Origin: a virus | IMG/VR virus record: IMGVR_UViG_3300042867_001289 | Location: 32,001-96,000 of that record | Strand: one strand, 5' to 3' | Length of the DNA: 64,000 nt | Shown: positions 56,055 to 64,000 of the stretch, in pieces | How the letters are laid out: each line of letters begins with the position of its first letter | Position numbering within the stretch: position 1 is the first letter of the stretch | Notes under the pieces: model-generated | What the model saw: the letters and a program-made list of their open reading frames with translations, nothing else | Database searches by the model: none | What the model was told of the DNA's origin: nothing | Program-made: the position numbers and the translations under genes

Positions 56055-57454
56055 CAGACTGGGAACCAAGAACCGTTTTGGTTATCTGCCATAAAACTCA
56101 TAAAAGGATTTTCAGAGGTCAAAGTAGGCACTGATGACATCTCATCAAAGACAGAACGATTTAACATACGACCATATTTAACAACCACTGTGACATCTTC
56201 CGTGGAAGCCGGATCTCTTAACAAAGTAATAACTTGCCCAGGCAGCCAATCCCTATTGTACGGCAAAACTCCTACCCAATCTCCAGCATCATCGTCAGCA
56301 AGAACAACAGTAGTTCCAGGTTTACAATCGAACACATATTGTGCAACCAAAAATTCTGAATCAACATCAATATTGCGTATTAAATTATTAGGAGATAAAG
56401 AAATCAACCTAGGTTGAGCCTCCCACGAATACGAAACTTCCGCTTCCGAACCCACCCCAGAATAACTTGACCCATAGCGGGCATCACGGTACAAACCTGC
56501 AGCGTCGAAGTGCATAGCGAGCTCTTTAGGATTAACAGCGCTAATAGCCTCAGGATTAGCCACCCCAATCCAATTGATAGCACCAGTTTCATGAATCTGG
56601 ACGCTACGCATCCCCATACTAGCGATTTCATTACTCGGGATAACACCAGACTCATGCACAAAAACCAGTCGATCCCCACCACTAGTCGTCACAACCCAGT
56701 CAGGCTGCTCAAACGCCACCGTGATCGATTTATTGCCAGCATGAGATATGCGCTGCGCCCCAACACCGGGAGTGTCAGATATCGTAATATCATTTGTAAA
56801 ACGCTCAACATACTGACCCCAACCATCTACAGGATCATCATAAGAAGTAATTACAAAAGACACATAGTCCCCGGTGTCACCATTAACATACGCAAGGACC
56901 AATTGAGAAATAGCTTCCACGGAGTCAAAATTGATTCCAGTAGTAAGACCCCCAAGCGTATCCACGCCAGGGTCATCACCCAAAGGTGTTAGATCAATAA
57001 AAAGTGCGGCAGCGGCAGGGGCGACCATCTCATCAAGAGCAAACTTTCCACCTATCACAAGAGCTGGCTGATAATCCTCAGGAGCAGATCCACCAATATC
57101 AGCGAGATCAATACGATCATAAACATCAACAGTAACCGGACCATTAAGATCATCAGAATGACCCACGCCATCACCGACAACAGCGATAGCCCCACCGTCA
57201 TCAGCCACACGGAAATCAACTAAAGCGAGAACCTCAGTAGGTTCACGAAAAGCCAAATATTGTCCACTGGAAACAAGCGTAGACGCTTCAAGCCCACTAA
57301 CCCTATCCCCGACTGTCGCATAACTACCAGAAGGGGTTCCCCCTAGCTCAGTTACAATATCGTTGATATGCGCTGCACGAATAACATCGCCGCTCCCATC
57401 CCCAGGGACAGCATCGTCTTCTAGCGGAACCCCACTGTTAGGCGGATATGCCAT
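56054..57454 (-). CDS. tail/virion hypothetical protein, 466 aa
   Basis: GGAGGAG RBS; A.HIN...ELG..P.G...TV.DR N-terminal motif. Confidence 0.75.
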   Translation of the reverse strand: MAYPPNSGVPLEDDAVPGDGSGDVIRAAHINDIVTELGGTPSGSYATVGDRVSGLEASTLVSSGQYLAFREPTEVLALVDFRVADDGGAIAVVGDGVGHSDDLNGPVTVDVYDRIDLADIGGSAPEDYQPALVIGGKFALDEMVAPAAAALFIDLTPLGDDPGVDTLGGLTTGINFDSVEAISQLVLAYVNGDTGDYVSFVITSYDDPVDGWGQYVERFTNDITISDTPGVGAQRISHAGNKSITVAFEQPDWVVTTSGGDRLVFVHESGVIPSNEIASMGMRSVQIHETGAINWIGVANPEAISAVNPKELAMHFDAAGLYRDARYGSSYSGVGSEAEVSYSWEAQPRLISLSPNNLIRNIDVDSEFLVAQYVFDCKPGTTVVLADDDAGDWVGVLPYNRDWLPGQVITLLRDPASTEDVTVVVKYGRMLNRSVFDEMSSVPTLTSENPFMSFMADNQNGSWFPV

Positions 57455-57509
57455 TGCAAACTCCTCCGGTTTTAACAAAAATCAAAAAATTTGTAACCAT
57501 ATTCTATTC

Positions 57510-60500
57510 CTAATCGGTTAAGTAGCATCCAACAAAATTGAAAAAAGATACTTCCAAACCGTTAGGGATAACATTTTCGGTGCCCAACAGGTCAATCGAA
57601 ACAACCAAAATAAGCGGATAGTCCAAAGCGAACAGTGGCAAAGTCCCCGTATCTAAAGAAATGTCAACCCGCTGCCCGTTGGAGACTGCTGTGCCGTCAA
57701 GAACTGAGAACGAATACCGTTCAGACCAAACCTGAGATTTATAGGTTTTTGCACCATCCAAAAAATCACCATTTGAACGATATAAAGCAAAAGTTGCTTT
57801 AGCTGGAACATCCCCGTAATCGCTTTCATCTATTTGCAAAATAAGCGAAGCACCAATTTTCAATCTTCCAGAAACAGCACTTTCGGGGAAACGAACCTGC
57901 GTAGCAGCATAAAAACTTGAATTATCGATAGATGCAGCTTCAAACCACCCTGACCCAGGCGGCAGAGAAGCATTGCCAGGCGACCCATCAGGAACAGCAA
58001 CCTGGTATCCGACGTTGTTTTCTACCAGCTCGGTATACCAATCTTCATCCCAGTCAACGAACCTCCAGATGTTAGTCCCATTCCAGGCCTCAAGATTAGA
58101 TCCAACAAAACTCTGATAATCACCTCCGCACCCTAAAGCCGAAACTATCTCGGAAACTATTACCGATTCAACGATTGAAGCAGAAGCGCCTTCGTCGTCA
58201 TAAACGGTTAGGACCACACGATAGGTGCCGCCAGAAGACCAGGTTTTAGAAAGATCCGCCTGATCAGATGTTGTCCCATCACCAAAATCCCAAGAATGAG
58301 CCGTTATAGTCCCATCGTCATCATAAGAATTTGAGCCGATCAGACCGTAGGGGATACCGGCTACAGGTTCACCGACACGGTCAATCACCGGAACTGGTGG
58401 CTCGTTCACCACCATCGGATCTACAATCTCGATTACCGTAATAGCCTCATCCACACCTGAAGTCATTGAAACAATGTACGACCCGGCAGCATCATAAGAA
58501 TGCTCCAGCGGATCAGGATCGGTTACAACAGGAAAAGTTGTGAATCCGATAACTTCATCAACTTCAAAAGGATTTGAACCAATAGGTTCAATCGAAAAAT
58601 CTGGGGCAACCGAAACTAAACGAAAACCTGGTACCTGTACCGATCCTTGAAACGGGGTAACACGAATCGCAAAACTATCGGTGCGGACTTTTTGGGTGGG
58701 AGTAAAAGTCGCCGTAATCAGCCCATCCCATAAAGCGTTTATTATATAACCCTGCCCATAATCGGTTCCAAACTCCCCTAAACCTGACCAAACCCCAGGG
58801 ATCACACTTCCGTTAGGAAAGGAAATAACAGAAACCCCAAACCCGCCAGCCCTTAAACCGCTGCCGATCTCACCAAAATCAACTTCTAAAGATTCGACAA
58901 GAGCATTAGGTGCAGGGTACCCATAAGCCCGAAGATAAGAAGCCCCAAACAAGGTTTCGATGTCATCTTCAGCCCAACCTAAAACAACTTGCCGATACGG
59001 GTCGGGTCGCACAAACGCACCATCAGAATCAACAGTTGTTTCCCCTTCGGTCGCACCGCTAATCACAGTGACACGTTGAGAACTAACAGCTGAAGCCCCA
59101 TCGTCATCTCTGACAGTTAGCGTGACCGTATAGTACCCGGAAGTTGTCCACGCTTTAGTTGGCGACTCGGCTGTTGATCCTGTGCCATCATCAAAATCCC
59201 ACAGATACGAGACAACAGTTCCATCCGAATCGGTTGATACCGAATCTAATGTGACTGTCTCATTGACCAAAACGGATGAAGGAGCGCTAATAATTGAAAC
59301 GGGTGCCAGATTTATAGGGGAAATTATTATCGAATCTGTTTCTGTTGCTGTAGCACCGTCATCATCGGTGACTCTCAGGCTTACCGTATACGTTCCAGCG
59401 CTCAGATATGTGTAAACCGGATTTGCTTGAGCGGATACGCTTCCATCACCAAAAGTCCAAAGATAAGAACTGATTGTCCCATCAGGATCAGATGAACCCG
59501 CAGAAGAAAAAGTGACCGGAGTGCCCGCTATTCCCGTAGGCGGAACCGTAATTATTGCAATAGGTGGAAGATTCGGAGGCGGTTGGCTGCTAATAAAAAT
59601 TGATTGTGTTTTACTAGCGGTTTCCGCATCGTCATCAGTTACCGTTAACGTAACCAGATACGGCCCGTATTGGACTTTTTGGCTTACATTCCATGAGGTT
59701 GAGCGGCCAGCTAATTGGTTAAATTTTGTTAGTGTGATGCTGCCAAATGGTGGTATGTACAACGATCCGAGGGATAGACCCATGATCGCAGGACCGTTAC
59801 CGTCAGTGCCTGAGGATAGACAATAGTTATAGATGCTTTCTAGTTCATTTACACCAGAAACAGTTTGATCGTTGTTGCCATAATCGGCAATAGCCATATG
59901 TGAAATGTTTTTCGTTTTTGCCCACTGCCGAAAATCGGTTAAACCTGTAGGGTAACCTACGGTTCCGATCGAACCAGAACTAGCAGCCGTAACGTACTTG
60001 ATCAGCCCATAAAAGTCCCATTCGGCAAGAGGTTCCAAATACGAATCAGGGTTATACGCACCAAGCTGATCGCCTTCCCATGTCGTAGACTTAAAGATCG
60101 GCGCAAAAGAAATATTTGTTGCATTTATCTGATTCAAGATTTGACGGAACTTTACCTGAACAAGACGCCATTCTTCTATCGTAAACCAGTCTTCAACCCC
60201 TACATAATATTCTGGGTTATCCCAAACGCTTAACCATATCGGCTTATCAACATTTTTTAGACTAGTCAGCAAAGCCAAAATATTTGCGTCTTCAGAACCA
60301 GCTATCACACGGTCCACTGGAGGGAAATAAGAAAACCAGGGCATGCGACCAGCTGCGGTCGTCACAGAAGCCGCTGTGACCCGATCTGCGGGGTTCCACG
60401 CCGGTGTCAGCACCCCAGGAGCATTCGGCGACCCGGAGAGCCTATGGATACCCAGCGATTTACCTGCTTGGTTTTCGTATCTATCTTTAAAGAAGGCGTT

Positions 60501-63314
60501 AATACCTGATGGCACGCCAGTGTAAGTCGCACCCAGTCTGACTACACCATCAGGGGTGTTTCCAGGCAACGGAGGCACATCAGAGGCTTGTGTATAAATT
60601 TTTGATGGTGAAGCCGACGCCGAAGTTGTTCCATCACCAAAATCCCAAGAAACTGAAACAATGCTTCCATCAGTATCCGTTGATAGTGACGATGAAAAGT
60701 TTTGGGTTTCACCAATCCGACCTATGCTCGGCCCTGTGATATTAGCTACAGGTGGCACATTTGGGGCCACTGGAGCCGTTACAACGATTTCCGTGGACGC
60801 TATATCAAAAACACCTTCATCGTCAGTGATTGTCAACGTAACAACGTAGGTCCCTGCTTCAGTGTATGTATGTGAAGCAACCGCATTAGTATCTACGAAA
60901 CCATCACCAAAATTCCAGTAATACGAAGTAACAACACCGTCACCAGGGACAGAAGACGAAGCATCAAAATCAACAGCTACAGGCAACAACCCCGAAGTAG
61001 GAGCAGCTTCTATGACAGCTGTTGGTGGAAGGTTTTCCGAAGGCGGAGGAGCTATAGCAATTTTATGAGAATCAGGCTCACCCTGAATTGAAGAAATATC
61101 GACAACTTCAAAAAGGCTATAATCAAATGCGTTACCGACCTGGTCTTTAATATTATTTGGCCACGAGGGGTCATTCGGTGCAATAAGTTTTGGTTGCCCT
61201 CCCCGGTCGAATAGCATAGCCCCATATTTTTTTAGGGTTCTTGCTATGGCCCTGGCTGGTGCCGATCCAGACAGCACATCATTTTCATCAAAACTTGCAG
61301 AAAGACGAATTATTTGACCCGCTTTAAGACCTTCAGACAGCTGGCCATCAGACCCCCTTGCAGGCCATACGGCATCGCTCGGATCAAGCGCTTTATAATT
61401 TACAAGAGTAAAACCGAGCATATGCCCAAGGTCTTTATCTTCTTCACAATCTAACAGGTCCTGATAAGTAAAGAAAAATTGGGCTATAGGTATCTCCGCC
61501 ACACAAGCACCGTAAGCAAACTCCCCTAGCCCTGCACTCTGGTAACGAGAACCCGTAGGATAACCCGCATAGGGAGACCGTGGAAGATCATACGAATCCA
61601 GGTCCCACGTTACCGCATTCTCACAATCTGCACTAGAGCCACTATAACCAATCGCTTCGAATAGCTCTCGATTGTTTTCGTTCCAACATATGGCATGCCG
61701 ATCACCTGCTGCTTCACCGATCGAAGCGGTGTAGTTGCCGCCAAGCAAGAATGAGGATTTGTAGGCCCCCTGCTGTCTTAAAGCTGGGAAAAAAAGATGT
61801 TCGTTAATCGAATCATGGGTTTTAACATTTCGTTCACCCACGATCATCGCAGGAGTAGGAATCCAATAACGATAGTCCACTAGAGCCGGAGCGCTATCAG
61901 ACCAATACCCGACCTGCCAGCCCAGATCCCATTGCTGCGGAGTGGTAGGCTTAAATGCCATATGCCGGTAAAGGTTTCCTGGCTGAGCGGCCTGATAATT
62001 TCCTGTCGAAGTCATAATGGCTGCGCTGTCTGGATCGACAGGAAGCTCATCGACAGGCGTATTGAAAATAGAATCCCGCCAAAAAGTAGCCCTATTAGGC
62101 CGATGTGGGGGATAGTCCCATCTGGGCCCTTTAGGTCTCGCACCCGTACCCCTGACAGTAACAGTTCTAACCACAGAGATAGCATCACCATCATCCGTGG
62201 TAACGGTAAGCCTTATAGGGTACTGCCCTGCAATATTGTAAACCTTTGTTATCGAAAAAGAATCCTGGATAACACCAAAACCATCAGCCAAAAGCCCACT
62301 AGTCGGCAACAAAAGCAAACTAAGCAGACCATCATAAACAGCAGAACCAATAGGGGGAATCGAATTATAGGCAGTCGAAATATCCGCAGCACTCGAATAA
62401 CAAACAGCCGCCACACGGGCACCCGCATCATCATAAGCAGAACCTAAAGCATTCTCAAAAAAAGCATCATGAATGGCAGCAGCAGTCGCATCAAAACTAT
62501 TCGAAGAATAATTACTTATATTCAAAACAAGATTCTTATCACGAAGAAAACGGCGAGCTTTAAAATATGCCTCATAATTCTGCGGACTAGTAGCTATACT
62601 CCCAAAACTGTTTTGCACACGAAAATCTGCACCAAAAAAGTCCCAGCACCCATCAATCCACCAACTAGCAGGATCAACTCCAACAGTATTGAAAGTCCCA
62701 ACAGAAAGAACCGGAGCAAAAGCAATATTAATAGCACCAGAGGCATCTAAACGTGCTTTAAACCTCTGCTGAAAAGAACGCCAATTAGCAAGCGTATAAC
62801 CAGAACCGCTACTAGCGGTCTTTACCGTAGCCTCAGGTTGCGGCTCAACCGAAATCCATACAGGACCATCAAGATTCTTAAGACCCGCAATTATACTATC
62901 AAAATGCCCATCCCGTGCACCAGTAGCAGCAGCAGCCCAATTGTCGACCTTAAAAGAAACCCAAGGCAAACGAAACTTAGACAAAGCCTCAGTAGCGTCC
63001 GCAGACACGCTAAGACTATCGGCCCATTGGCGGTACAATCTTTCAACACCGACACGATCACCTGAAGGATCTTGCCAACGTGAACCAATATTGCTATCAG
63101 AGAATCCAATTCGCATCATCCCAGGACGGATATCGCCTGGGTAACTATCGGTTTGGCTATAAGCTTTATCTAAAGAAGTGCTATCTCCCCAATCGAGGAG
63201 ACGATTTAGCAAAACATTTGGGACCGAAGCCGAATAATTTGCGGTAACCGTCACAGTAAAAGGGGCATAACCGTAACTCTCAGAAACTGTTAAAGACGAA
63301 ATAACTGGTGCCAT
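57510..63314 (-). CDS. 1934-aa multi-PKD virion protein with two GH26-like domains
   Basis: Six to seven W.FGDG/WDFDDG PKD repeats; two (R.PW.S...PVWIS...PE...WDF.G) TIM-barrel-like segments. Confidence 0.75.
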   Translation of the reverse strand: MAPVISSLTVSESYGYAPFTVTVTANYSASVPNVLLNRLLDWGDSTSLDKAYSQTDSYPGDIRPGMMRIGFSDSNIGSRWQDPSGDRVGVERLYRQWADSLSVSADATEALSKFRLPWVSFKVDNWAAAATGARDGHFDSIIAGLKNLDGPVWISVEPQPEATVKTASSGSGYTLANWRSFQQRFKARLDASGAINIAFAPVLSVGTFNTVGVDPASWWIDGCWDFFGADFRVQNSFGSIATSPQNYEAYFKARRFLRDKNLVLNISNYSSNSFDATAAAIHDAFFENALGSAYDDAGARVAAVCYSSAADISTAYNSIPPIGSAVYDGLLSLLLLPTSGLLADGFGVIQDSFSITKVYNIAGQYPIRLTVTTDDGDAISVVRTVTVRGTGARPKGPRWDYPPHRPNRATFWRDSIFNTPVDELPVDPDSAAIMTSTGNYQAAQPGNLYRHMAFKPTTPQQWDLGWQVGYWSDSAPALVDYRYWIPTPAMIVGERNVKTHDSINEHLFFPALRQQGAYKSSFLLGGNYTASIGEAAGDRHAICWNENNRELFEAIGYSGSSADCENAVTWDLDSYDLPRSPYAGYPTGSRYQSAGLGEFAYGACVAEIPIAQFFFTYQDLLDCEEDKDLGHMLGFTLVNYKALDPSDAVWPARGSDGQLSEGLKAGQIIRLSASFDENDVLSGSAPARAIARTLKKYGAMLFDRGGQPKLIAPNDPSWPNNIKDQVGNAFDYSLFEVVDISSIQGEPDSHKIAIAPPPSENLPPTAVIEAAPTSGLLPVAVDFDASSSVPGDGVVTSYYWNFGDGFVDTNAVASHTYTEAGTYVVTLTITDDEGVFDIASTEIVVTAPVAPNVPPVANITGPSIGRIGETQNFSSSLSTDTDGSIVSVSWDFGDGTTSASASPSKIYTQASDVPPLPGNTPDGVVRLGATYTGVPSGINAFFKDRYENQAGKSLGIHRLSGSPNAPGVLTPAWNPADRVTAASVTTAAGRMPWFSYFPPVDRVIAGSEDANILALLTSLKNVDKPIWLSVWDNPEYYVGVEDWFTIEEWRLVQVKFRQILNQINATNISFAPIFKSTTWEGDQLGAYNPDSYLEPLAEWDFYGLIKYVTAASSGSIGTVGYPTGLTDFRQWAKTKNISHMAIADYGNNDQTVSGVNELESIYNYCLSSGTDGNGPAIMGLSLGSLYIPPFGSITLTKFNQLAGRSTSWNVSQKVQYGPYLVTLTVTDDDAETASKTQSIFISSQPPPNLPPIAIITVPPTGIAGTPVTFSSAGSSDPDGTISSYLWTFGDGSVSAQANPVYTYLSAGTYTVSLRVTDDDGATATETDSIIISPINLAPVSIISAPSSVLVNETVTLDSVSTDSDGTVVSYLWDFDDGTGSTAESPTKAWTTSGYYTVTLTVRDDDGASAVSSQRVTVISGATEGETTVDSDGAFVRPDPYRQVVLGWAEDDIETLFGASYLRAYGYPAPNALVESLEVDFGEIGSGLRAGGFGVSVISFPNGSVIPGVWSGLGEFGTDYGQGYIINALWDGLITATFTPTQKVRTDSFAIRVTPFQGSVQVPGFRLVSVAPDFSIEPIGSNPFEVDEVIGFTTFPVVTDPDPLEHSYDAAGSYIVSMTSGVDEAITVIEIVDPMVVNEPPVPVIDRVGEPVAGIPYGLIGSNSYDDDGTITAHSWDFGDGTTSDQADLSKTWSSGGTYRVVLTVYDDEGASASIVESVIVSEIVSALGCGGDYQSFVGSNLEAWNGTNIWRFVDWDEDWYTELVENNVGYQVAVPDGSPGNASLPPGSGWFEAASIDNSSFYAATQVRFPESAVSGRLKIGASLILQIDESDYGDVPAKATFALYRSNGDFLDGAKTYKSQVWSERYSFSVLDGTAVSNGQRVDISLDTGTLPLFALDYPLILVVSIDLLGTENVIPNGLEVSFFNFVGCYLTD

Positions 63315-64000
63315 CAGCGAGCCGCCCGTGCAGTAACCGAAATAGTAGCGTCAGGTAAACTCCCATACCTTGTAAAAGCCAAATCGGCTCCCGAGACATC
63401 CAACGACCCAACAGGCCAGGCCCCACCATCAGTAACATAATCACCTGTTATATCCTCAGGCGCTATACCAACAATATGATTAGTAGTCGACACAACAATT
63501 GACAAATCCTCAACACGGGCAACACCAGCAACATTATTAATCGCAGTAACAACCTCGTTGTAAAAAATAGTATCCCCCCAAGACCAATAATTTGGAGTCA
63601 AATACTTACTCAACGCAGCATTCACCGAATCCGTCACAACACGCGTAGGATAACCCGCAGAACAAATAATTGTCACATTCACATCAATCGGCACAAGATG
63701 AGGTGGAACAATATCGATTTGCAACCCGGCTACAGCACGCTGCATCAAATCCGATGCCATCGCCCGAGATTTTTCCACCGAAAAAGAAGCACCATTCAGG
63801 CCGCACGCATAAATAGTAAGGTAACCATTCGCAGGCAAAGTTTCAGCAATAAGATCAGTCCTCGGCAAATCATTATACTTACCAACAACCGCTAACCGAC
63901 TATACGCTTTAACCCGATAAACATCAGGATATTGAGCCAACAAATACTGTTCAAACTGCTTAGGCAACACAAGAGCCTGGCTATAAGAACTCAACTTGCC
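63314..64000 (-). CDS. baseplate J-like protein, C-terminal part
   Basis: V....FE...L, V.RVKA, I.V.V.I, L..YL.P..W.WG..I..NEV...I..V.GV..V; open to window end. Confidence 0.75.
   Translation of the reverse strand, partial: GKLSSYSQALVLPKQFEQYLLAQYPDVYRVKAYSRLAVVGKYNDLPRTDLIAETLPANGYLTIYACGLNGASFSVEKSRAMASDLMQRAVAGLQIDIVPPHLVPIDVNVTIICSAGYPTRVVTDSVNAALSKYLTPNYWSWGDTIFYNEVVTAINNVAGVARVEDLSIVVSTTNHIVGIAPEDITGDYVTDGGAWPVGSLDVSGADLAFTRYGSLPDATISVTARAAR

Overview
Fragment of a large, probably lytic, tailed phage of an actinobacterial host. Evidence: WhiB, Rpf-like transglycosylase, DUF1360, leaderless genes, primase-helicase, holin/amidase endolysin, tail-collar/collagen/PKD proteins and a baseplate J-like gene suggesting a contractile tail. 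Layout: 1-3.4 kb accessory genes plus a tRNA(CAT); 3.4-28.8 kb an 'early' region of about 55-60 mostly very small ORFs, nearly each with its own consensus sigma70/SigA promoter, conserved leader, RBS and often a GC hairpin; 29-33.6 kb replication/regulatory cluster (+); 33.8-64 kb mainly minus-strand regulatory, lysis and tail genes. The standout is 3.4-20.1 kb: 18 quasi-periodic (~0.8-1.2 kb) units sharing a degenerate non-coding scaffold (back-to-back promoters, a CTGAG-N6-CTCAG palindrome 17-18 bp from the -35 boxes, hairpin terminators, motif-rich convergent spacers) while the ORF slots hold variable, partly paralogous microproteins and apparently one non-coding RNA. A second candidate structured RNA lies at ~20.9-21.3 kb. 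All calls were made by eye; domain names are recalled motif matches, not database results.
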